A stretch of DNA of 37,975 nt, from assembly GCA_030037265.1 (NCBI GenBank), contig JASHRQ010000030.1, forward strand, positions 1 to 37,975. The letters run 5' to 3'. The position numbers and the translations under genes were made by a program. Below, piece after piece: positions 1-9,096 of this stretch (position 1 is its first letter; each line of letters opens with the position of its first letter). The DNA is from Thermoplasmata archaeon. Its GTDB lineage: Archaea; Thermoplasmatota; Thermoplasmata; Lutacidiplasmatales; UBA184. The notes under the pieces were generated by a model, which was not told the DNA's origin, did not search any database, and saw only the letters and a program-made list of their open reading frames with translations.

Positions 1-70
1 CGCCCGACGCCCCCGCGCGCGCGCCGCTTCGCCATCCTAATAAGCGGCGCCCGGTGGAACGCCCCGTAGC

Positions 71-910
71 ATGGGGTCGGGGGCGCCGCCGGAGCTCGTC
101 GAACGGCTGTCGGCCACGGCCCGGGAGATCCGCCAGGACATCGTCCGGATGGTGTACCACGCCGGGAGCGGGCATCCCGGCGGCAGCCTCTCGGTGACCG
201 ACCTCGTCACCGCGCTCGTCTTCCACGACCTCCGCATCGACCCCGCGCGCCCGGACTGGCCGGAGCGCGACCGGCTCGTGCTGTCGAAGGGCCACGCCGC
301 GCCGGCGCTCTACGCGGCGCTCGCCCGGCGCGGCTTCTTCCCCGTGGAGGAGCTCCCGTCGCTCCGGCGGATCGGCGGCCGGCTCCAGGGGCACGTCGAC
401 CGGAACAAGCTGCCGGCGATCGAGGCGTCGACCGGCTGCCTCGGCCAGGGGATCGGGATGGCCGTCGGGATGGCGCTCGACGGCCGGCTCGCGAAGCGCG
501 ACGGCCGGGTGTACGCGATCCTGGGGGACGGCGAGTGCCAGGCCGGCCTCACCTGGGAGGCGCTGATGGCGGGCGGCCACTACGCGCTCGACCACCTCAC
601 GGTGATCCTCGACCGGAACGGCCTCGAGACCGACGGGAAGACGGAGGAGATCCTCGGCATCGAGCCGATCGCCGACAAGTTCCGCGCGTTCCGCTACGAA
701 ACGATCGAGATCGACGGGCACAGCTTCCCCGAGATCCTGGACGCGTTCGCCCGCGCCCGGCGCACGACCGGCCGGCCGACGGCGATCGTCGCCCGGACGG
801 TCAAGGGGAAGGGCGTCTCGTTCATGGAGAACCAGCCCGGCTGGCACGGCAAGGCCCCGAACCGGGACGAGGCGGAGCGCGCGCTCGCCGAGCTCGGCGG
901 GGCGCTGTAG
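71..910 (+). CDS. Transketolase, N-terminal (TPP-binding) subunit
   Basis: SGHPGGSLS, DRLVLSKGHAAP, RLQGH, TPP motif GDGE...DRN, TVKGKG, WHGKAP. Confidence 0.95.
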   Translation: MGSGAPPELVERLSATAREIRQDIVRMVYHAGSGHPGGSLSVTDLVTALVFHDLRIDPARPDWPERDRLVLSKGHAAPALYAALARRGFFPVEELPSLRRIGGRLQGHVDRNKLPAIEASTGCLGQGIGMAVGMALDGRLAKRDGRVYAILGDGECQAGLTWEALMAGGHYALDHLTVILDRNGLETDGKTEEILGIEPIADKFRAFRYETIEIDGHSFPEILDAFARARRTTGRPTAIVARTVKGKGVSFMENQPGWHGKAPNRDEAERALAELGGAL

Positions 911-919
911 GAGGGACGC

Positions 920-1873
920 GTGGCCGCCGAGCGGAAGCCCGAGAGCCTCCGGGACGCGTACGGCCAGACGCTGCTCGAGCTCGGGGCGGCCGACCCGACC
1001 CTGGTGGTGCTGGACGCCGACCTGTCGGGGTCGACGCGGACCGCGCTGTTCGGGAAGCGGTTCCCGGACCGGTTCTTCAACGTCGGCGTGATGGAGCCGA
1101 CGATGATGACGATCGCCGCGGGGCTCTCGTTCGGCCCGCGGACGGTGTTCGCGAGCACCTTCGCGGTGTTCGCCGCGGGCCAGGCGTACAACGCCGTCCG
1201 CCAGTCGGTCTGCTACAACCGGGCGAACGTGAAGATCGTCGCGACGCACGGCGGGCTCCTGGTCGGCGGCGACGGCGGCACGCACCAGATGCTCGAGGAC
1301 GTGGCGCTGATGCGGGGGCTCCCCGGGATGACGGTCATCGTCCCGGCGGACGCCCCGACGACCCGCTCCGCCACGCGCGCCGTCGCCGCGTTCGACGGGC
1401 CCGCGTACCTCCGGCTCCCGCGGGAGAACCTCCCGACGGTCACCGACGGGACGTTCGAGGTCGGCCGGGCGCCGGCCGTGCGCGAGGGGAGCGACCTCAC
1501 GATCGTCGCGATCGGCGCGATGCTCGCGCGGGCGCTCGAGGTCGCGCAGGAGCTGCACGGCGTCGGCGTCGAGGCGCGCGTCCTCGACTTCGCGAGCGTG
1601 AAGCCGTCCGACGACAAGGCCCTCATCCGGGCCGCGCGGGAGACCGGCGCGATCCTCACGATGGAGGAGCACACCGTGCTCACGGGGCTGGGGGCGCTCG
1701 TCGCCTTGGCGACGGCGACGACGCACCCGGTCCCGATCCGCGCGGTGGGGGTGCCCGACCTGTTCGGGGAGAGCGGCGACCCGTGGCAGCTGCTCGACCG
1801 GTACGGCCTCTCCTCGAAGCGCGCGCTGGACGCCGCCTGGGAGCTCCTGCGGCTCCGCGGAAGGGTTTCGTAG
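920..1873 (+). CDS. Transketolase, C-terminal subunit
   Basis: [39 protein letters not shown]; GTG start 9 nt after the upstream stop. Confidence 0.93.
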   Translation: MAAERKPESLRDAYGQTLLELGAADPTLVVLDADLSGSTRTALFGKRFPDRFFNVGVMEPTMMTIAAGLSFGPRTVFASTFAVFAAGQAYNAVRQSVCYNRANVKIVATHGGLLVGGDGGTHQMLEDVALMRGLPGMTVIVPADAPTTRSATRAVAAFDGPAYLRLPRENLPTVTDGTFEVGRAPAVREGSDLTIVAIGAMLARALEVAQELHGVGVEARVLDFASVKPSDDKALIRAARETGAILTMEEHTVLTGLGALVALATATTHPVPIRAVGVPDLFGESGDPWQLLDRYGLSSKRALDAAWELLRLRGRVS

Positions 1874-1910
1874 GGCGAGGCGCGTGGGGGAGGAGGCGGG
1901 GCGAGGGCCG

Positions 1911-2582
1911 ATGCAGCTGTTCCTGGACACCGCGAACCCGGAGGAGATCCGCGCCGTCTGGCCGACCGGCATCCTGGACGGGGTCACGACGAACCCGACG
2001 CTCGTCGCGAAGGAGGGGCGCGACTTCGAGGAGCTGCTCCGCGAGATCTGCGCCCTGGGGGTCCCGTCGGTCTCCGCGGAGGTGGTCGCGACCGACGTCG
2101 ACGGGATGCTCCGCGAGGGCCGGCACCTCGCGTCGCTCCACCCGTCGATCTACGTGAAGTGCCCGATGACGACCGCCGGGCTCGCGGCGACGAAGCGGCT
2201 GTCGGCGGAGGGGATCCGCGTCAACCTGACGCTCGTCTTCTCGGCGAACCAGGCGCTGCTCGCCGCGAAGGTCGGCGCGGCGTACGTGAGCCCGTTCGTG
2301 GGGCGGCTCGACGACCACGGCCAGGACGGGATGGCGCTCGTGCGGGAGATCGTCGGGATCTACCGGAACTACCGGTTCCCGACGCAGGTGCTCGCCGCGA
2401 GCATCCGCCACCCGGTGCACGTCGTCGAGGCGGCGAAGGCCGGCGCCGACATCGCGACGATGCCGTACGCGGTGCTCGAGAAGCTCGTCCACCACCCGCT
2501 CACCGACCTGGGGCTCGAGCGGTTCCTGAAGGACTGGGAGAAGGCGCGGAAGCCGATGCGCGTCGCGGCGCCGGGCCGGTGA
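1911..2582 (+). CDS. tal: Transaldolase (short TalC/FSA-family)
   Basis: [17 protein letters not shown], Schiff-base Lys in YVKCP; Glu in SAEVV and Phe in SPFVGR are the transaldolase-type, not FSA-type, residues; ATG at 1911 preferred over GTG 1884. Confidence 0.9.
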   Translation: MQLFLDTANPEEIRAVWPTGILDGVTTNPTLVAKEGRDFEELLREICALGVPSVSAEVVATDVDGMLREGRHLASLHPSIYVKCPMTTAGLAATKRLSAEGIRVNLTLVFSANQALLAAKVGAAYVSPFVGRLDDHGQDGMALVREIVGIYRNYRFPTQVLAASIRHPVHVVEAAKAGADIATMPYAVLEKLVHHPLTDLGLERFLKDWEKARKPMRVAAPGR

Positions 2583-2863
2583 CGCCGACGGAGCTGCTCG
2601 AGCGGTACCTCCGGCTCACCGGCGAGGCGCTCGACCGCGTCCGGGTCGCCGCGCCGGCGCGGTCGTTCCTGGTCGGCGCCGGGGAGGATTTCCTCGCGAT
2701 GGCGCGCGCCTACCTGGGCGACGCGCGCCACTTCCGCGACGGGGGGGACCTCGAGCGCGCGCTCGCCGCCGTGAGCTACGCCCACGGCTGGCTGGACGCG
2801 GGGGTCCGCCTGGGGATCCTCGACGGCGGGGGCGATGAGGCGAGGTTCACGCTCTTCCGGTGA
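2579..2863 (+). CDS. DUF357-family protein
   Basis: [36 protein letters not shown] signature; GTGA overlap with the tal stop. Confidence 0.85.
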   Translation: MTPTELLERYLRLTGEALDRVRVAAPARSFLVGAGEDFLAMARAYLGDARHFRDGGDLERALAAVSYAHGWLDAGVRLGILDGGGDEARFTLFR

Positions 2864-3500
2864 GCGGCCCCGCGGCCCCGCGGCGGCTCCGCCGTTCCCC
2901 GAGGCGACGCTCGGCGCGATCGAGGCGCACCTCGCGCGCCGCGAGGCGCGCCGGGTGGCGCTCGCCGAGTCGGCGCGCGCGCTCCGCCGCCACGCGCAGT
3001 TCGTGATGCACCAGCTCCACCAGGGGCGGCCGCTCGAGCAGGCGATCGAGGAGCTCCGGTCCGGGGCGCGCGCGCTCACGGCGGCGGCGCGGGACGAGCC
3101 CGGCGGCGAGGGCGGCCCGGTCGAGGCCGCGCTCCAGGAGAGCGTCGAGGCGCTCCTGCTCGCGGCCACCTTCCGCGGGACGCCGTTCCCCGGACCGGAC
3201 GAGCTCGGGGTCGAGCCGGAGCCGTTCCTCCTGGGGCTCGGGGACGTGGTGGGGGAGCTGCGGCGGCGGGTGCTCGAGGCGCTCTCCTCGGACGACCTCG
3301 CGGAGGCGGAGCGGCTCGCCGCGCTCATGGACGAGCTCGCCCGGGCGCTCGCGCGCTTCGAGGCGCCCCGCAGCATCGTCGCGCTCAAGCCGAAGCAGGA
3401 CCAGGCCCGGGCGATCCTCGAGCGGACCCGCGGGGACCTCACGCTCGCCCGCCTCCTCGCGCGCGCGCGGCTCCGCGCGCCCCCGCCGGAGGAGCCGTGA
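2835..3500 (+). CDS. Translin/TRAX-family (archaeal C3PO-like) RNase
   Basis: QESVEA and FLLGLGDVVGELRR motifs, C-terminal LKPKQD..R..LE; start overlaps the DUF357 end (start uncertain). Confidence 0.85.
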   Translation: MRRGSRSSGERPRGPAAAPPFPEATLGAIEAHLARREARRVALAESARALRRHAQFVMHQLHQGRPLEQAIEELRSGARALTAAARDEPGGEGGPVEAALQESVEALLLAATFRGTPFPGPDELGVEPEPFLLGLGDVVGELRRRVLEALSSDDLAEAERLAALMDELARALARFEAPRSIVALKPKQDQARAILERTRGDLTLARLLARARLRAPPPEEP

Positions 3501-4288
3501 GCGCCCGCGCGCGCGTCGTCGGCCTCATCGGGGGCTCCGGGGTGTACGACCCGGGGCTGTTCTCCCCCGGGGCGTCGCACCGGGTCTCGACGCCGTGGGG
3601 CGCCCCGTCGGCCCCGATCGAGGAGGGCCGCGTCGGCGGGCTCCGGGTGCTGTTCCTCCCGCGGCACGGCCCCGGGCACTCGATCCCCGCGCACCGGGTG
3701 AACTACCGGGCGAACGTCGACGCGCTCGTGCAGCTCGGCGCCGACACGATCCTGTCGGTGAGCTCGGTGGGGTCGCTCCAGGAGGGGCTGAAGCCCGGGG
3801 AGTTCGTCCTCCCGACGCAGTTCGTCGACTTCACGCGGCAGCGGCCGACGACGTTCTACGACGGGGGCCGCACCTACCACGTGTCGATGGCCGACCCGTT
3901 CTGCCCGGAGCTGCTCCGCGGGATGGCGGCCGCCGCGCGAGAGACCGGCGCGCCGGTCCACGAGGGGAAGACCTACGTCTGCGTCGAGGGCCCCCGCTTC
4001 TCGACGCGCGCGGAGTCGCGCTTCTTCCGCACCGTCGGCGACGTGATCGGGATGACGCTGGTCCCCGAGGTCACGCTCGCGCGCGAGCGCGCGCTCTGCT
4101 ACGGGCTCCTCGCGATGGTGACCGACTACGACGTCTGGGCGGAGCGGCCGGTCGACGCGACGGCGATCGTCCGGGTGATGGGCGAGAACGTCGCGCGGAT
4201 GCGGACGCTCGTCGGGCGGCTCCTGCCGGCGCTCGACGCGCCGCGCCGGTGCGACTGCGCGTCCGCGCTCGAGGGCGCCGCGCTCTGA
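3497..4288 (+). CDS. mtnP: 5'-methylthioadenosine/purine nucleoside phosphorylase
   Basis: GLIGGSG, FLPRHG, VNYRAN, EGPRFSTRAES, VIGMT, VTDYD; GTGA overlap with translin. Confidence 0.93.
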   Translation: MSARARVVGLIGGSGVYDPGLFSPGASHRVSTPWGAPSAPIEEGRVGGLRVLFLPRHGPGHSIPAHRVNYRANVDALVQLGADTILSVSSVGSLQEGLKPGEFVLPTQFVDFTRQRPTTFYDGGRTYHVSMADPFCPELLRGMAAAARETGAPVHEGKTYVCVEGPRFSTRAESRFFRTVGDVIGMTLVPEVTLARERALCYGLLAMVTDYDVWAERPVDATAIVRVMGENVARMRTLVGRLLPALDAPRRCDCASALEGAAL

Positions 4289-4298
4289 GCGTCGCCGC

Positions 4299-4538
4299 TC
4301 AGCGGGCCCCGCGCCGGACGGTGATCGGGATCACGCCGGCGGCGAACTCGCTCTCGGCGATCTGCACCGGGTCGATGAGCCCCGGCGGCGTCTCGACCAG
4401 GAGCGGGGCGCCCAGCGACACCTGGAGGGCGCGGGCGCCGAGGATGCGGGCCCGCTCGAAGCGCGTGAAATCCTCGGGGGCCACCTGCGTATCCCCCTGG
4501 GCCCCGCCCTCGGCGGGAGACGACGCGCGCGGACCCAT
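4299..4538 (-). CDS. rpoK: DNA-directed RNA polymerase subunit Rpo6 (K)
   Basis: [22 protein letters not shown]...IPITVRR; ATG at 4538 lies ~28 nt downstream of the TATA-like CTTAAC. Confidence 0.93.
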   Translation of the reverse strand: MGPRASSPAEGGAQGDTQVAPEDFTRFERARILGARALQVSLGAPLLVETPPGLIDPVQIAESEFAAGVIPITVRRGAR

Positions 4539-4669
4539 GGTCACCGAAGCCAAGAGGGGCGGCCAGTTAAGGGTCGCTATTTACCATTTTCCCGCGCGAG
4601 CGCGCGGTCCGTGCCTCGGCCGCGCCCCTTCGCCGGAGCCGGAAGGTCGGCGGGGCCCGGCCGGCCGGA

Positions 4670-5713
4670 TCAGGGACCGCTCGCCGCGGGGGCGAACGTC
4701 ACGTCGACGGTGACGGCCGCGCCGTCGACCGTCACGGGGCCGCTCGACGGGCTCGCGACGTACTCCCCGCCCGCCGTCCAGACGGGGGGAACGAAGAAGG
4801 GGTACGTGCCGTTGGCCGCCGTGAAGTTCACCGAGTCGGTCGCCGACCCGTTCCATCCGGGTCCGGCCCACCCGCCGCTCGACAGCGCCACCGACCAGAC
4901 CGTGCCGTTCGGGAGGCCGGTCTCGACGAACGAGACGCCGTACAGCGGGAGCGGCGCGAACTGGACGCTCACGGACGCCGCAGCCCCGTCCACGGTCACG
5001 TTCCCGAAGGACGGGGTGGCCAGGTACAGGGTGCCCGCGGCCCACGCGGCCCGGACGGCGAAGCCGAACGTCCCGTCGGGGAGGGTGAAGTTCACCGTGG
5101 ATCCGGTCGACCCGTTCCCGACGAACCCTCCGTGGCCCCACGGGCCCGGTCCGTGGCCCGGGGCGGCCCCGACGACCAGGACCGACCAGAAGGTCCCGGC
5201 GGGGAGTCCGCTCTCGGAGAAGGAGACCGGGAACAGGGAGACCGGCGTGAACGTGACCGCGACCGACACGCTCGTCCCGTTCACCGTCACGTGGCCGACG
5301 CTGGGCGCCGCGGAGTACTGCGTGCTCGCGTTACCGGGGGCGAACACCGAGTAGGCGTACGTCCCGTTGCCGACCGCGAAGCCGACCGACGCCCCCGTCG
5401 AGCCGTTCGACGCGGACCGGCGCCCGCCCGAGTACCCCCCGGCCCAGCGCGGGTGCGTCCCGTGCCCCGGGCCCCCGACGAGGTGCAGGCTCACGGTCCA
5501 GAAGGCACCGGCCGGGAGGCCGGTCTCCGTGAAGTTCACCGAGTACGGTCCCGCGGGGAGCCCCCAGTGCTCGGTGGACCCTTGCCCCGGGGTTTGCCCC
5601 GGGTGCCCGAACGCCAGCATTCCCGCGGCCACCCCCGACGCGGAGGCGGCCACGGCGGCGATCACGAGGATGGCCACGAGGCCGGCGAACCCGGCCGATC
5701 GTCCGGCCGCCAT
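4670..5713 (-). CDS. Secreted/anchored surface glycoprotein with three thermopsin-C-terminal-like beta repeats
   Basis: N-terminal hydrophobic signal; three repeats (YSVNFTETGLP..W, FPVSFSESGLP..W, YGVSFVETGLP..W); many N-x-S/T sequons. Confidence 0.8.
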   Translation of the reverse strand: MAAGRSAGFAGLVAILVIAAVAASASGVAAGMLAFGHPGQTPGQGSTEHWGLPAGPYSVNFTETGLPAGAFWTVSLHLVGGPGHGTHPRWAGGYSGGRRSASNGSTGASVGFAVGNGTYAYSVFAPGNASTQYSAAPSVGHVTVNGTSVSVAVTFTPVSLFPVSFSESGLPAGTFWSVLVVGAAPGHGPGPWGHGGFVGNGSTGSTVNFTLPDGTFGFAVRAAWAAGTLYLATPSFGNVTVDGAAASVSVQFAPLPLYGVSFVETGLPNGTVWSVALSSGGWAGPGWNGSATDSVNFTAANGTYPFFVPPVWTAGGEYVASPSSGPVTVDGAAVTVDVTFAPAASGP

Positions 5714-5779
5714 GGGGGTTATACGTCAGCCCGGGGGTCGTATAAGCTGGACCAACGTCGCGCGCCGTCGCAAAGGTAC

Positions 5780-6592
5780 TTACGCGTTCCGATGCGGCCC
5801 CGCGCGCCGCCCTCGGCCGCGGTACGCGATGACGAACCGGCGGAGGAACGGGAACAGGACCCGGCCGTCGCGCCGGCGGCGGTAGGTCCGTGCGATCTCC
5901 GTCGCGTAGCGTCGCGTGAAGTCCGCCCGCGCCTCCTCGCTCCGCAGCTTCGCGAGGACCGGCCGGAGCGCCGTCCCTTTCGTCCACTCCACGACCGACT
6001 CCGGCCCGGGAAGGACGTGGCCGTACTCCTGGTCCCAGAGCTCCACGCGCGTCGCCCCGGGGGCGAGCCGGTCGTAGTAGCCGGCGAGGGAGAGCACGTT
6101 CTCCTCGACCGGGTCCGCGGCGCGGAGCCGACGGTATCCGGGTCGGCGCAGGACCCGGTCCCGCGCCCGGGCCCACGGCTCCCGCGCGGGACCGGGCGCC
6201 GGGACCTGGAACGCGAGCGCCCCGCCGGGAGCGACGTGGCGCCACAGCCTCGGGAGGAGGCGTCGGTGGTCGGGGAGCCACTGGAGCGCCGCGTTCGAGA
6301 AGACGAGGTCCTGCGGGGACCGGGGTGCCCACGTGCGGAGGTCGGCCCGGACCCAGCGGACGGACGGGAGGGCGGCGCGCGCCTCGCGGAGCATCTCGGG
6401 CGACTGGTCCACCCCGGTGAGCCGCGCGCGCGGCCACCGGCGATGGAGCACCCGGGTGCTCGTCCCGGTCCCGCATCCCAGGTCGACGATCCGGGTCGGA
6501 CGGTCGAGCGCGAGGCGCGCGACCAGGTCCCGTACGGCGAGCGAGCGGTCCCGCTCGAACTTGAGGTACTGCTGCGGGTCCCATCCCGGCAT
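5780..6592 (-). CDS. tam: Trans-aconitate 2-methyltransferase-like SAM methyltransferase
   Basis: WDPQQYLKF, VDLGCGTG, FSNAALQWLPDH, WTKGTALRP, LFPF.R.FVIA. Confidence 0.85.
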   Translation of the reverse strand: MPGWDPQQYLKFERDRSLAVRDLVARLALDRPTRIVDLGCGTGTSTRVLHRRWPRARLTGVDQSPEMLREARAALPSVRWVRADLRTWAPRSPQDLVFSNAALQWLPDHRRLLPRLWRHVAPGGALAFQVPAPGPAREPWARARDRVLRRPGYRRLRAADPVEENVLSLAGYYDRLAPGATRVELWDQEYGHVLPGPESVVEWTKGTALRPVLAKLRSEEARADFTRRYATEIARTYRRRRDGRVLFPFLRRFVIAYRGRGRRAGPHRNA

Positions 6593-6615
6593 CCGACCGC
6601 CGCCCCGGCCCGGCG

Positions 6616-7497
6616 CTACAGCGCGAGCTCTCCCCGAAGGACCGGCACGGTGAACCCGCCGACCCGGACGTCGCCGGGCCGTCCGTCCCGGAGGTCGGCG
6701 CGCGCGTACAGCTGGCTCCGCCGCCCGGCCTCGGTCCCCTGCTCGATCCGGATCGGCGCGTTCGGGTCCGCCCAGCCGTGGAGCACCATCCAGGCCGCCG
6801 CCGGCCCGGCCGCCGAACCGGTCGCCGGGTCGTCCCCGCCCCAGAACACCATCCGGGCGTGCACCGACAGGGTCGGGTCGACCGTTTCCCGCGTGAGGAG
6901 GTAGAACAGCTTCGCGTCCGTCCCGCGGAGGTACTCCTCCATCACCGCCCAGTTCGGCCGGAGCCGCGACACCGCCTCCCGGGTCCGGAACGGGACGATC
7001 GCGAACGGGGTCCCGGTCGAGACCGTCTGGACGGGGTAGCGGGGGTCCAGGTCGTCCGGACGGGCGCCGAGCGCCCGGGCGACGGCCGCGGGGTCGTGCG
7101 TCGCCCCGACGGTGGGCTCGTGCTGCCGCATCTCGCCGAACCGACGGCCCTCCCGCGCGGAGAACCGGACCGGTATCCGGCCGACCGGGAGCGCGAGCGC
7201 GACCTCGTCGACCCCGTGCGCGTCGCTGAGGTGGCTCGCGGTCCCGAGGGTCGGATGGCCGGCGAACGGAAGCTCCCCCTCGGTCGTGAAGATCCGGGTG
7301 CGGTAGCCGCGCTCCCGGTCCGTCGCCTCGTCCTCGGGGAAGACGAACGTCGTCTCGGAAAGGTGCATCTCGCGCGCGATGCGCTGCATCTCCTCGTCGG
7401 ACAGGCCGTGCGCCTCCGGGAAGACCGCGAGCTGGTTCCCCTCGAGCGGGGTCCGGGTGAACACGTCGAGCCAGACGAACCGGTACGTCCGGGGCAT
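6616..7497 (-). CDS. PhzF-family isomerase/epimerase
   Basis: DVFT..LEGNQLAV, LSETTF, RIFT..ELPFAGHPTLG, DPATGSA. Confidence 0.93.
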   Translation of the reverse strand: MPRTYRFVWLDVFTRTPLEGNQLAVFPEAHGLSDEEMQRIAREMHLSETTFVFPEDEATDRERGYRTRIFTTEGELPFAGHPTLGTASHLSDAHGVDEVALALPVGRIPVRFSAREGRRFGEMRQHEPTVGATHDPAAVARALGARPDDLDPRYPVQTVSTGTPFAIVPFRTREAVSRLRPNWAVMEEYLRGTDAKLFYLLTRETVDPTLSVHARMVFWGGDDPATGSAAGPAAAWMVLHGWADPNAPIRIEQGTEAGRRSQLYARADLRDGRPGDVRVGGFTVPVLRGELAL

Positions 7498-7646
7498 CCC
7501 GACGGGGACCGGGGGTCCCCGGATAACGCTAGCCGGCGGCGTCGGCCGCCGACCCCCGGCGCGGGCGCGGACCCGGCACCCGACGCCCCGGAATCGGCGG
7601 AAAGGCTTTGGCCCGGAGCGCTACGGCGCGCCCGGGTCCGTTCGAG

Positions 7647-8612
7647 ATGAAACCGCCGGCGCTGAAGCCCCACGGAACGATCCGGGTCGTCGCCCCGTCG
7701 AGCTACCCCGACTTCCCGCGGATGCGGCTCCGCGAGGGCGTGGAGTACCTCCGGAAGCGCGGCTTCACGGTCCAGCTCGGCCCGAACCTCCGGAACGCCG
7801 TGCGGCACCGGTACTTCTCCGCCTCGGACGAGGACCGCGCCCGGGAGCTGCTCGACGCGTTCCGCGACCCGGCGGTCGACGCCGTCGTCTGCGCCCGTGG
7901 CGGCATCGGCGCCCTGCGCGTCCTGCCGCACCTCGACTTCGACGTGGTGCGCGACCACCCGAAGGTGTTCGTCGGCTACTCCGACATCACCGCCTTCCAG
8001 ATGCCGTTCTGGACGCGCGCCCACCTCGTGACGTTCCAGGGCCCGATGGCGGCGGTCTGGCCGTCGGGCGACCGCGCCGACTCCCTGCGGGTCCACGCGT
8101 ACAACTGGGACCTGCTCCTCCGGGTCGTCTCGGACGGCGAGGCGGTGACGGTCGAGAACCCGGCCGACGCGCCGCAGCCGAAGACCCTCTTCCCCGGCAC
8201 CGCCGAGGGTCCGCTCGTCGGGGGCAACCTCACGCTGTTCCACTCGCTCCAGGGCACCCCGTTCGACCCCCCGACCGACGGCGCGGTGCTGTTCCTCGAG
8301 GACACCGAGGAGCACCAGCCGTGGGACTTCGAGGAACGGCTCGGGAGCCTCCTCCTGTCCGGGAAGCTCCGGGCCGCCCGGGGGCTCGTGTTCGGCGAGC
8401 TGCTGGAGCCGAAGGGCGAGCTGGAGCCGCGCCCGAGCCTCGAGGAGGCGATCGCGGAGGCCGTCTCGACCCTCCCCCACAGGCCCCCGTCCTTCCTCAA
8501 CCTCGCGACCGGGCACGGGCGGTACACGCTCCCGCTCGCGATCGGGAACCCGGTCCGCGTGAACGCGGACGAGGGAACGCTCACGATGCTCGAGCCGGCC
8601 GTCGAGCGGTGA
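7647..8612 (+). CDS. Peptidase S66 (LD-carboxypeptidase/MccF-like)
   Basis: VVAPSS, CARGG.G, GYSDIT (Ser), GGNL, LFLED.EE (Glu), GHG (His); ATG 7647 preferred. Confidence 0.92.
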   Translation: MKPPALKPHGTIRVVAPSSYPDFPRMRLREGVEYLRKRGFTVQLGPNLRNAVRHRYFSASDEDRARELLDAFRDPAVDAVVCARGGIGALRVLPHLDFDVVRDHPKVFVGYSDITAFQMPFWTRAHLVTFQGPMAAVWPSGDRADSLRVHAYNWDLLLRVVSDGEAVTVENPADAPQPKTLFPGTAEGPLVGGNLTLFHSLQGTPFDPPTDGAVLFLEDTEEHQPWDFEERLGSLLLSGKLRAARGLVFGELLEPKGELEPRPSLEEAIAEAVSTLPHRPPSFLNLATGHGRYTLPLAIGNPVRVNADEGTLTMLEPAVER

Positions 8613-8667
8613 CGACTCCCCGCGCCCGTTCCGGCCCCTTCGCCGGGGTCCCGGCGGGGGTCGTCGC

Positions 8668-8838
8668 TCAGTCCTTCACGATGCCGGAGAACGTGTACTT
8701 CGCCGCCTCGGCGTGCGACATGAGGTGTTCCCCGAGCTCGTCGGCCTTGAGCGCCTGGAAACCGCAGACCAGGCACCGGTAGAGCGTGAGATCGGTCGGC
8801 CGGGCCCCGACGGCACCGGAGGTCCCTAGGCTTGCCAT
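8668..8838 (-). CDS. 56-aa C2H2 zinc-finger microprotein
   Basis: YRCLVCGFQALKADELGEHLMSH = C-x2-C-x12-H-x3-H; AT-rich promoter-like island at 8865-8874. Confidence 0.75.
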   Translation of the reverse strand: MASLGTSGAVGARPTDLTLYRCLVCGFQALKADELGEHLMSHAEAAKYTFSGIVKD

Positions 8839-9096
8839 CGGTCCCGTGACAGGGCGGCGGAAGGAAATATGTTTCGACGGATCGGACGCGGGCCGCCGGC
8901 CCGATCCGGCGAGCGCTCCGGCCGGCGATCCGGTCGCGCGCGCCCGCGGGGATAGCTTCATCGGGACCGGACCCGTCGCGCGCCGGGCGGGCGCATGCGC
9001 GGGCACCGGTCGGACGCGGTCTCCAGGGCCCGGAGGGCGGCCGGCCCGCGTCCGGGACGGATGCCGGCGCCGCCGCCGCGCCGTCGGAGGAGCTGA

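Noticed and set aside
71-1873. Transketolase motif deviations ([22 protein letters not shown]) as a sign of new chemistry
   Set aside because: Core His, TPP-binding and catalytic Glu residues are retained, and the adjacent transaldolase supports ordinary function.
8879-8907. GGATCGG/CCGATCC inverted repeat in the zinc-finger/scramblase intergenic region as an operator or ncRNA
   Set aside because: A single 7-bp stem in GC-rich DNA is not distinguishable from chance.
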